64,000 nt of DNA from Bdellovibrionales bacterium (lineage in GTDB: Bacteria; Bdellovibrionota; Bdellovibrionia; Bdellovibrionales; UBA1609): positions 64,001-128,000 of the forward strand of contig DAHVQG010000006.1 of assembly GCA_027317865.1 (NCBI GenBank), written 5' to 3'. Position 1 is the first letter of the stretch; each line of letters begins with the position of its first letter. A program made the translations under genes and the position numbers. Of this stretch, positions 30,999-39,009 are shown piece by piece. Below the pieces are notes generated by a model. The model worked only from the letters and a program-made list of their open reading frames with translations, was not told the DNA's origin and made no database searches.

Positions 30999-32413
30999 TT
31001 GTTACCTTCTTCTTTGCCTTCTTGACTCTTTAACTGTTCCATTTCTTCTTTTAAGCGCTCTTCTGCCTGGCTTTTAGCATTGCCCACAGGAGCCGTCACT
31101 TCAGATGCGGTTTTGGTTGGTGCCGTCGGCAACTCTTTGCCTTCGTCTTTGTACTGCTGAATGAGCGCCGTGGCATCATTTATCAGTTTTTGAGCCTTAT
31201 CCGGATCATCATAACCCGGAATATTTTTGACTTCTTCGACGTCCGACTCGCTTATGGCCTGCACGGAATTAAAGCCAGATTGATAAATATTTTGCGCCAT
31301 CGTTTCAGTCATGCCAGGCAACAGCATCAAATTGAAGATCGCCTCTGCAGTTCTTTGCGCGGCAGCCGTTTCAGATACGATATCTAATTTCCAACCTGTC
31401 AATTTCGCGGCGAGCCGCACGTTTTGGCCCTTTCGTCCAATTGCTAAACTTAACTGCTGATCAGGAACGACAACTTCCATCGATTTATTGGTTTCATCCA
31501 CGAACACTTTTGATATTTCCGCTGGAGCCAAGGCGTTGCAAACGAAGCGCGTCGGTTCTTCTTCCCAATTCACGATATCGATCTTTTCGCCACGCAATTC
31601 TTGCACTATGTTTTGCACGCGCGAACCCTTCATCCCCACACATGCACCGACCGGATCCACCGCAGGATCTTTTGATATTACCGCGATTTTCGCACGTTGC
31701 CCCGGTTCACGAGCTGCGGCCATTATTTGCACTATCCCGTCGTAAATTTCAGGCACTTCAATTTCAAATAGTTTCATCAAGTAGCGCTCGTCCGCGCGTG
31801 ACATGATGATTTGTGGGCCACGAGTGGTTTGACGGACATCTGCAATAAACCCTTGGATGCGATCACCGGGTTTATATTGTTCACCCGGAATTTGTTCGCG
31901 CGGAGGGATATAGGCCTCTGTACGGCCTAAATCGACCACGATTGCGCCGCGCTCAACTCGGCGGGCAATTCCCGAAGCGATTTCGCCTTTGCGCTGTTCA
32001 AATTCATTAAATATTATATCACGTTCGGCATCACGTACTCGTTGTGTGATAATTTGTTTCGCCGTTTGCGCGGCAATTCGGCCAAGATCACCCGTTTCAA
32101 GTTTAACGCCGATTGAATCGCCCACTTGTGCTTCAGGGTCGAGATCACGCGCCTCCGTTTGTTTAATCTCAACTTCTTCGTCGATAAAATCTTCGTCCTT
32201 AACTACTTCTTTAAATTCGTACAACTCGACGTCGCCGGCTTCTTCGTTATATTGAGCCTCAATGTCACGGTAGGTCCCCCACTTTTTACGTGCGGCGACC
32301 AACATCCCTTGTACAACAGCATCGACAACAACTTGCTTATCGATCCCCTTATCCTTGCCCACTTGTTCGATGATGCGGCTCAATTCAGAAAACATATTGA
32401 CGTTATCGGCCAT
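30995..32413 (-). CDS. nusA: Transcription termination/antitermination factor NusA
   Basis: GRIAAQTAKQ, AREPGQRAKIAV, GACVGMKGSRVQ, LAIGRKGQNVRLA. Confidence 0.98.
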   Translation of the reverse strand: MADNVNMFSELSRIIEQVGKDKGIDKQVVVDAVVQGMLVAARKKWGTYRDIEAQYNEEAGDVELYEFKEVVKDEDFIDEEVEIKQTEARDLDPEAQVGDSIGVKLETGDLGRIAAQTAKQIITQRVRDAERDIIFNEFEQRKGEIASGIARRVERGAIVVDLGRTEAYIPPREQIPGEQYKPGDRIQGFIADVRQTTRGPQIIMSRADERYLMKLFEIEVPEIYDGIVQIMAAAREPGQRAKIAVISKDPAVDPVGACVGMKGSRVQNIVQELRGEKIDIVNWEEEPTRFVCNALAPAEISKVFVDETNKSMEVVVPDQQLSLAIGRKGQNVRLAAKLTGWKLDIVSETAAAQRTAEAIFNLMLLPGMTETMAQNIYQSGFNSVQAISESDVEEVKNIPGYDDPDKAQKLINDATALIQQYKDEGKELPTAPTKTASEVTAPVGNAKSQAEERLKEEMEQLKSQEGKEEGNN

Positions 32414-32470
32414 GGCTTACCTCTCTGCGCGTCGGCATAGTATTGCTAACCTCACGATTTGCGCCGTCAA

Positions 32471-32977
32471 CTAACGTTGCCTCGCGCCTTTACCTTCATC
32501 GAAATCAAACACTGTTTGAGCTCGTTTGATATGTTCGTAAGGAATTTCTATTTCCACCTCTTTAATTTGCAAAAAAATCGAATCTTCGTTCGTACTCTTT
32601 AATATCCCCGCCATTGAAACTCCATACTTCTCTGCACCTGGCAGCGGCGCGCAAAGAACCAATTTGACTTTGTTGCCAATCGATTTCGCGAAGTGAAGTG
32701 GCTCACGCAATACCCGCTCTAATCCGGGGCTCGAAACTTCGAGTTCATACGCCCCGCCTGGTACTAAATCCTCAACATCGAGCCGCAAACTAAGAGCCTG
32801 CGAAATATTGGCACATTGATCAACCGTAACTGGAGCCGCATCGCAATCCACAAAAATGCGGACCACGCGATGTTTGGCGGCACCGTGCACATCTATGGCA
32901 TATAAATAGCAGCCCTCACGCGCGCATAGCTCGCTCGCCAATAGCTTTAGTTTTTCAGTCGTTTCAGAGCTCAGCAT
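32471..32977 (-). CDS. rimP: Ribosome maturation factor RimP
   Basis: VRIFVD, YELEVSSPGLER; first gene before nusA. Confidence 0.95.
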   Translation of the reverse strand: MLSSETTEKLKLLASELCAREGCYLYAIDVHGAAKHRVVRIFVDCDAAPVTVDQCANISQALSLRLDVEDLVPGGAYELEVSSPGLERVLREPLHFAKSIGNKVKLVLCAPLPGAEKYGVSMAGILKSTNEDSIFLQIKEVEIEIPYEHIKRAQTVFDFDEGKGARQR

Positions 32978-33009
32978 TAATCTTAACTACACTTTATTTC
33001 ATTTATTTC

Positions 33010-33039
33010 AAAAAAAATGAGGGCTGTTCAGGCCCTCAT
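33010..33039 (-). terminator. rimP leader intrinsic terminator/attenuator hairpin
   Basis: Minus strand reads ATGAGGGC-CTGAACA-GCCCTCAT followed by a U-run, about 30 nt upstream of rimP; GGGC/GCCC stem. Confidence 0.8.
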
Positions 33040-33067
33040 CGCGCGGAATGTTAGCAAATCCAACCGC

Positions 33068-33520
33068 TTAGCGCAAGTGTTTAAACTCAAAAACAAGCGC
33101 ACGAGCCCCGTCCGAATAATAGCGTGGGCGTTCACCGCATTTCACAAACCCCACTGCTTCATAAAAGCGGATCGCAGCTAGGTTTTCAGCGTGAACTTCG
33201 AGCCAAATTCCTTCATCTTCACGGATTTGGCTCATCAAATGTTTAATTAGGGCTCGCATCGTGCCCTTTCGATGACAGTTTAACCGCGTAGCAAGAAACA
33301 TAATTTCAGAGAAACCAGGTAATTGCCGGTAAAGGCAAAACGCGCACAGCTTGTCGTCATCGTCATAAACCCCAAACCCATGATGCTGGCCAATCTCGTC
33401 ACGAATTTTTTCGCGCGTCCAGTTACCGCCAATCGGATATTGATAATGCTGCTCGAGCTCTCGCGCGATTTCGTAGCAAGAATCGACGTGTTGTTCGGTT
33501 AAGGTAACAATAGCCGTCAT
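33068..33520 (-). CDS. GNAT N-acetyltransferase, RimI-like
   Basis: RKGT motif A, WLEVHAENLAAIRFYE..GF...GERPRYYSDG. Confidence 0.85.
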   Translation of the reverse strand: MTAIVTLTEQHVDSCYEIARELEQHYQYPIGGNWTREKIRDEIGQHHGFGVYDDDDKLCAFCLYRQLPGFSEIMFLATRLNCHRKGTMRALIKHLMSQIREDEGIWLEVHAENLAAIRFYEAVGFVKCGERPRYYSDGARALVFEFKHLR

Positions 33521-34191
33521 TCCGCCAAGTCGTTTCGAATATGATATTTCGAACGGAGCGATACAAACCAGTCCCTAAGACGTGCATCAACGCGCTGCTT
33601 GGTGAGATACGCCTTTATGGTCTCTTTAAAATTGGCGAAAGGCAGATTTTCGAATTTCAATTTGTTGGCTTCAAAATACGCTTTGGCTTCGTCATTTGAA
33701 ACCGGAATTGTCGCCGCATCCACTTTAAATTTTAAAAAATTTTTCGCGCGCAATTTAGTCTCTACAATTTCTTTGATCTCTTTGTTCGTCGGAGATAACT
33801 CGCGCCACAGAGGGTTGTTTCTTAAACGCTTTTCAACCCGCCTAACGCTTTTATTGAATTGCTTTTTTGAAACGGGTGTCGCGCCAAACGCGGCCGCTTC
33901 TTTGGCAATAGCGATTTCTAAAAGTACCGAAGTTGTTTCATGAATGAACGCGTAGCTTTTGACCTGTTGAATATGAAGCACAGGGAGCTTTTCGCTAGGG
34001 AACAATGCACCTTCAATCAACCGGTTAAGCAAAACTTCGCGAGTCGTAACAACAGTGCCGGCCACCCAGCCGGCGTTTGTCGAAATCAAACGTGAACCGG
34101 TTGCAAAAGCAGCCGCTCCAAAAGCAGTTACGCTAAGGACGAAGACAACGAGGGCGGCAATACGAGCCGCCCGATTCCCTAATCTCATCAA
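33517..34191 (-). CDS. Exported helical protein, SurA N-terminal-like
   Basis: Signal peptide, VAGTVVTTRE, VSNDEAKAYFEAN, WFVSLRSKYHI; no parvulin motif. Confidence 0.55.
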   Translation of the reverse strand: MMRLGNRAARIAALVVFVLSVTAFGAAAFATGSRLISTNAGWVAGTVVTTREVLLNRLIEGALFPSEKLPVLHIQQVKSYAFIHETTSVLLEIAIAKEAAAFGATPVSKKQFNKSVRRVEKRLRNNPLWRELSPTNKEIKEIVETKLRAKNFLKFKVDAATIPVSNDEAKAYFEANKLKFENLPFANFKETIKAYLTKQRVDARLRDWFVSLRSKYHIRNDLAE

Positions 34192-35646
34192 TTAGAACAA
34201 ATATCGAATCACGAGCGATGTCAAATCGTAATTGGTCTGCTCAAGTGGCGGTATACCACCATTGTAATTGCGGTAAGCTGCCGTATTCAAAATATTTTGA
34301 CCCTCGTATTTATAGCCGACGTTCATCATGTAGCGGTAATCAACCCCCACCGAAAATTGCGGTGACACTTTAAGGTCAAGGTCGGCCACAAGACCGGCGT
34401 CAACTGCATCGGATGTTAAATTTCCAATTGATCCGCCATTGTAGTAGTTTTGATAGTAGTTGCCAAAAGTGTCTTGTAATCCTGAGTATTGCCGCCGGAC
34501 GTAATCCAGCGCTCCACCGAGGCTTGGTTGAATTCTGCCATTAAAGAAAACATAGCGTGCGGTTAAGCCGGCTGTGTATTGATCCATGTTCTGAAACACG
34601 AATGCGTCTTGAGTCAAATTGTTATTCGAATAACCAAAATCAACCGACAAATCCACGTTCGACGGAAATTTTTCCCCGAGGCTCAGCATGAATGCGCCAA
34701 ACGAGGTAACGTTTGACTGATGATAATTGATTTGGCCAAGCGTCGCGCCAACGTAATATGAAGACGCCGAAGTTTTCGGTTTTGCAATTTTAGCCAGATC
34801 TTCTTTCACCATATTTTGTACATCTTGAGGAGTGGTTGTCTCACTTGCACTAGAATTTTGACTGGTCGTCGAAGCCGTATTTTGGTTCGGTAATGCCGCC
34901 GCAGGAGCTACAACAACCACGGTCGGAGATGTGGTTGGCGCAGTTGGCGTTTGCGCCGCTGTTGGCTGAGCCGCCGTCGCTGTTGTCGCTTGTGAAATCG
35001 CCGGCATAAGTTTGTTCATTGAGTTTAAGATTTCGCGTTGCCGCTGCTCTTCCGCGGCAATTCTCGCTTGCTCAAGCTTGTCTTCGATTTTTTGTTCTGT
35101 TTGCAATTCGGTCTGTTTCTCGAGTTGCTGTAATTGTTCAGCATTCGATTCGGCTATTGGTGCCGCCTCAATAACTGTAGTCGGCTGAGTTTGCATATCC
35201 ACCGTCGATGCCGGCACCTGTTGTGGAGCAGCAGCCGTTACAGTCGGGGCAGCGACTGCAGGTGTCGCAGCACTTGCCGTCATTTGAGTTGTTGAAGGAA
35301 TAGACGTAGTTGACGGATTAGAAATTATTGATGTGTCGGTTGTCGTAGTGGTTGCGGGCGCAGAAGCCGTCGTTTGAGCCGCTGTATCAGTCGTAGTTGC
35401 TGCCGGGCTAGTTGAAGTTGCGGCCGTAGTCGACGTTGTTGTTGGCGTGGGCGCGGCCAAAGTTGTCACCGTAACGCCATCAGCAGTCACGCTATTTGAC
35501 GGTGCTGGAGTTGCGGTGCTCGTAGTTGTTGTTGCCGCAACTGTGCTTGCTCCAGTTGAAGAAGTCGAGCTGGTGGCCGCATAGCTGGCGACGGAAAAAA
35601 ATGCTACGGCTGCCAACAAGGCAATCAAACGACTATAGATTCTCAT
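34192..35646 (-). CDS. Outer-membrane protein: Thr/Ala-rich region + coiled coil + C-terminal beta-barrel
   Basis: Signal ending SYA|, long T/A/S/P low-complexity tract, EQLQQLEKQ...EEQRQRE helix, barrel strands ending IRYLF. Confidence 0.75.
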   Translation of the reverse strand: MRIYSRLIALLAAVAFFSVASYAATSSTSSTGASTVAATTTTSTATPAPSNSVTADGVTVTTLAAPTPTTTSTTAATSTSPAATTTDTAAQTTASAPATTTTTDTSIISNPSTTSIPSTTQMTASAATPAVAAPTVTAAAPQQVPASTVDMQTQPTTVIEAAPIAESNAEQLQQLEKQTELQTEQKIEDKLEQARIAAEEQRQREILNSMNKLMPAISQATTATAAQPTAAQTPTAPTTSPTVVVVAPAAALPNQNTASTTSQNSSASETTTPQDVQNMVKEDLAKIAKPKTSASSYYVGATLGQINYHQSNVTSFGAFMLSLGEKFPSNVDLSVDFGYSNNNLTQDAFVFQNMDQYTAGLTARYVFFNGRIQPSLGGALDYVRRQYSGLQDTFGNYYQNYYNGGSIGNLTSDAVDAGLVADLDLKVSPQFSVGVDYRYMMNVGYKYEGQNILNTAAYRNYNGGIPPLEQTNYDLTSLVIRYLF

Positions 35647-35784
35647 TTTTATTTTCTCCTTCTAAAGGAATAACCGACGCATAGTAGCAAATTCTTGCGC
35701 ATAGCGTAATAGGAAAAAATTTCAACTCCCAAATTCGTTGGATCTTGCTGACTTAGCTGATAAATACCAAGTTTCGTAATTTAT

Positions 35785-35871
35785 GGCTCTGTGGTGGAAT
35801 TGGTAGACGCGCTGGACTCAAAATCCAGTGCCCGCAAGGGCGTGAGAGTTCGATTCTCTCCGGAGCCACCA
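35785..35871 (+). tRNA. tRNA-Leu (anticodon CAA)
   Basis: Acceptor GGCTCTG/CGGAGCC, D arm TGGTGGAATTGGTAGAC, anticodon arm CTGGA-CTCAAAA-TCCAG, long variable arm GCCC-GCAA-GGGC, T arm GAGAG-TTCGATT-CTCTC, encoded CCA. Confidence 0.97.
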
Positions 35872-35971
35872 TCAATATACCACGCCACATTTTTTATACC
35901 CAACTGCCCATCAAACCGTTAGACTCGTTGAAAACTAAATGAAAACCCTATGTAAGAAGGAGGACCCACTC

Positions 35972-36373
35972 ATGAACGAATCGAACGTTGATTCGAATAA
36001 TGTTGCACCCGCCGACCGCCGAGATTTCTTTAAAAAAATGCTGGCCTTAGCCGGCGCCGGTGCCTTCTTTCAACTTTTTTCAAATTCAAAAGCTTTTGCA
36101 GCGCTAAAGCCGGCAACTTCACCGTCCTGCAAAGCGCCCGCTGCAGCTCTTGGTTATGTCAATAATCTTGCCGTCGCCTTGAAGAACCATAAAATTGCCA
36201 AAACGGCCAAGACTGTAAATGGCAAAACGTGGACGCCACTAGAGCAACATTGCGCCAACTGCATGTTCTTCGGTAAAAACCAAGGCAAAAATGTTCCCAC
36301 TTGTGCGTTAATGCCGCCCAGTTGCGCCGTGAGCCCCCATGGTTCATGCAATGACTGGAATGCGAAGTCATAA
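35972..36373 (+). CDS. Tat-exported high-potential iron-sulfur protein (HiPIP)-like
   Basis: DRRDFFK twin-arginine signal, ALGY, CANCMFF...C...V...G.C..W; SD AGGAGG before ATG 35972. Confidence 0.82.
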   Translation: MNESNVDSNNVAPADRRDFFKKMLALAGAGAFFQLFSNSKAFAALKPATSPSCKAPAAALGYVNNLAVALKNHKIAKTAKTVNGKTWTPLEQHCANCMFFGKNQGKNVPTCALMPPSCAVSPHGSCNDWNAKS

Positions 36374-36416
36374 ATCACGTACCGACAATAACTAAATAAA
36401 ATAATAGAGAGGCAAC

Positions 36417-36947
36417 ATGAGATTAACAAATTTGATTTACAGCTCGTTGTGTGTGATGATTTTTGGTTTGTTTGCTCTGCCGACTGTTGGATACGCTGGA
36501 GGTATCCCACTTGGACAATCGGCTATTAACGCCGACTTAGGATTTGCACTTGGCGGAGCGGACCTTGGCGCCGACTACGAATACGGATATTCGATGAACT
36601 ACAGCGTGGGTGCGTATCTTCGTGATATCCCCGATAGTACTGGGTCGACCACGGCCAGCGGGTTAACGACTTTCGGCGCTTTTATTCGGCCGCATTTTTC
36701 AAAAGCAAATTGGGATTTTTACGTCTCTCCTGGATTTGGCTTAGTATCATACAAACAAGTCGATTCGAGCGCTAAGACCAACAATTACACTCTCTTCGGC
36801 CCATCGTTCGCAGTCGGGTTGCTCTATGAATTAACGCCCAACATGTCGGTCGGTGCCGAAGAAATGTCCATCTATGGTTGGTGGAATAGCAATGTCAGCG
36901 GGCTTTTGAATGAAGACCTGACAGCAAAGTTCCGTTATATTTTTTGA
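36417..36947 (+). CDS. Small outer-membrane beta-barrel protein
   Basis: Signal ending GYA|, about eight amphipathic strands, terminal KFRYIF. Confidence 0.75.
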   Translation: MRLTNLIYSSLCVMIFGLFALPTVGYAGGIPLGQSAINADLGFALGGADLGADYEYGYSMNYSVGAYLRDIPDSTGSTTASGLTTFGAFIRPHFSKANWDFYVSPGFGLVSYKQVDSSAKTNNYTLFGPSFAVGLLYELTPNMSVGAEEMSIYGWWNSNVSGLLNEDLTAKFRYIF

Positions 36948-36956
36948 TCAACTACT

Positions 36957-38894
36957 CTAACTGGCTTTTGCCAATTTAGAGGTCCACGCGGCAATTTGCT
37001 CTTTGATTGTCGCGTTCGTTTCGGCAAATTGCACGCCGTAACGTTTTTGCGCCTCACTCCACACGACACGCCCTTCAACTGAAACCGATTCTTTACCGTC
37101 GGGACTTCGGATCGTGAGCGCAATGATGCCGCCTTGTTCGATGAGCGCGTCGGTATTGAGCTGCACACCACCAAGGGAGATCGTGCTGATTGAACCCAAA
37201 AGTTCACGATTACCAATTCTGACTTTTACATCGGTATCAATTTTGAAACGCTCGTGCTGACGACGGTTCGCCGGGTTTTGTTGACGCAAATATCGATAGA
37301 GAACAAGCGGTGCACCGAGTATTGCGAGAATAAGAACTATCATTAGACTTGGGGCTCCGAGACCGGATGATGGACCTCCATGATTGTCATCATTGATTGC
37401 TTCGCGGATTAATCCACAACCACTTGCGGCAAGAGCCGCCGCAAATTGCTGGTCTTGAGTCGTCACCGAATAGGCTGGTTGTGTCGTTTGGACAACGGCC
37501 GTTTTTGCCGCGTCTAACGCTCTTAAAAAATTCACCCTCCCGTTCGTTTCGACTTTGCCGGCCAATAGATAACTGCCGGTAGACGAAACCGGCTCGTCGA
37601 CGTTCGCGTCGATGATTTGCTTAATTTGATAGGCCAGAAGGCCAGGCTGTTGCTCTTTCAAAAGTGCCGCAAGACCCGAAACAAAAGGCGTTGCCATGCT
37701 CGTACCGGACATCGTGGCAAAACCGCCACCCGGGTAAGTACTCAAAATGTAAACGCCCGGCGCAGCTAACGGAACCGAACTCTCGCCGAAATTCGAAAAG
37801 TAAGCCATTGTGTCCGAATCGGTCGTTGCAGCCACCGAAATGACATTCGGTACGTCGTAGTTGGCCGGGTACATTGGCGTGACATCGTTGTTGTCACTGT
37901 AGTTGCCGGCGGCCGCGACAAAAACCACACCCGCATTGTAGGCGTAGGCAATCGCTTCTTGTAATGCTTGTGAATAACTTGGTCCGCCCCACGAAGCGTT
38001 GATTATGCTCGCGCCGTTGTTGACCGCGTAATAAATCGCTTGAATCGCGTTGGCTGTTGTACCGCTGCCTGTACTGTCTAGAAATTTAAGCGGCATAATT
38101 TGAATGTTAGACGGAGTGTACGTCCCGTCGTAAATATTCTCGCCAGTACCAACGATAATTCCCGAAACGTGTGTGCCGTGACCGTTGTCATCCTGTGGGT
38201 CGTTGTCATTTGCCACAAAATTCCAACCATGGACGTCGTCAACGTAGCCATTGTTGTCGTCGTCGATCTGATTATTCGGTATCTCGCCTGGGTTTGTCCA
38301 AATAGCGTCAGCTCCTGTAAAAACGGGATGCGTGAGATCAAGGCCGGTATCGACTACGGCAACAACGACTTTTGCATTAGGGGTGACATCGCCCCAGGTG
38401 TTTGTCACGTCGATGGGGGCACTCGTTGCGAGATAACCGCTACTACTTTGCGCCGTTTGACTGGTTGACATGGCTTGAACTTCTTGAGCGCTAAATTGTT
38501 GCGATGGTGTGTCCACGGTTTGCTTTGAAAAAATATAATTTGGTTCGGCATATTGCACGTCGGGATCTTGCTCGAGTTGCTTGATAGAATTACTGACGCT
38601 CATCCCCGACGGTATCGCAAAATGATACAAATTCATGCGGCGAAAAGCTGTACGCAAACGATAGCCATTGTTATTTACCATTCGCGACAGAAATGAAGCG
38701 GCCCGGGCTCTAATTTCAGCGCGCCCCATAACACTGCTCGTTTTTAATTGCACTAAAACTTCACCGGGAACGTACCGGCTGGATTGCTGATAATTTGGCG
38801 CCGATTGTGCGGCAGATTGGCCGTGCGCGTATGAAGCGAACGAGAAAAACAGGAGCAAATAGATAAAGACTTTAAATAGGTGACGGGCCATCAT
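36957..38894 (-). CDS. S8 (subtilisin) serine protease with prodomain, TM anchor and C-terminal PilZ domain
   Basis: Signal peptide; YVPGEVLV..YAEPNY prodomain; triad VDTG / HGTHVSG / GTSMATP; SGCG; TM; RRQHERF..ISLGG..GRVVW..YGVQF. Confidence 0.92.
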   Translation of the reverse strand: MMARHLFKVFIYLLLFFSFASYAHGQSAAQSAPNYQQSSRYVPGEVLVQLKTSSVMGRAEIRARAASFLSRMVNNNGYRLRTAFRRMNLYHFAIPSGMSVSNSIKQLEQDPDVQYAEPNYIFSKQTVDTPSQQFSAQEVQAMSTSQTAQSSSGYLATSAPIDVTNTWGDVTPNAKVVVAVVDTGLDLTHPVFTGADAIWTNPGEIPNNQIDDDNNGYVDDVHGWNFVANDNDPQDDNGHGTHVSGIIVGTGENIYDGTYTPSNIQIMPLKFLDSTGSGTTANAIQAIYYAVNNGASIINASWGGPSYSQALQEAIAYAYNAGVVFVAAAGNYSDNNDVTPMYPANYDVPNVISVAATTDSDTMAYFSNFGESSVPLAAPGVYILSTYPGGGFATMSGTSMATPFVSGLAALLKEQQPGLLAYQIKQIIDANVDEPVSSTGSYLLAGKVETNGRVNFLRALDAAKTAVVQTTQPAYSVTTQDQQFAAALAASGCGLIREAINDDNHGGPSSGLGAPSLMIVLILAILGAPLVLYRYLRQQNPANRRQHERFKIDTDVKVRIGNRELLGSISTISLGGVQLNTDALIEQGGIIALTIRSPDGKESVSVEGRVVWSEAQKRYGVQFAETNATIKEQIAAWTSKLAKAS

Positions 38895-38899
38895 TAGTC

Positions 38900-38926
38900 T
38901 TATCGGACAAAGGCCTAGAAAATATA
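38900..38926 (-). promoter_or_regulatory. Putative sigma28 (FliA)-type promoter of the S8-PilZ gene
   Basis: Minus strand TATA-N15-TCCGATAA versus consensus TAAA-N15-GCCGATAA; ends 5 nt before the ATG. Confidence 0.6.
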
Positions 38927-39009
38927 GGGTAAATTTTGAATTTTCGAACCGGTTTAGGCAGAAATTTTCTGCCTCATTTTAAGGCAATATCTCAAAATGA
39001 GACGTTTGG

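Noticed and set aside
28561-32440. Many 60-160 aa plus-strand ORFs opposite infB and nusA (likewise opposite rel, pnp, gspE)
   Set aside because: Antisense shadows of conserved genes with no recognisable motifs.
34860-35580. CRISPR array or DNA tandem repeat in the low-complexity tract
   Set aside because: No fixed repeat-spacer period; it is Thr/Ala codon bias within a CDS.
35785-38956. Genomic island integrated at tRNA-Leu carrying HiPIP, barrel and protease
   Set aside because: No integrase or transposase, and I saw no duplicated tRNA 3' end downstream.
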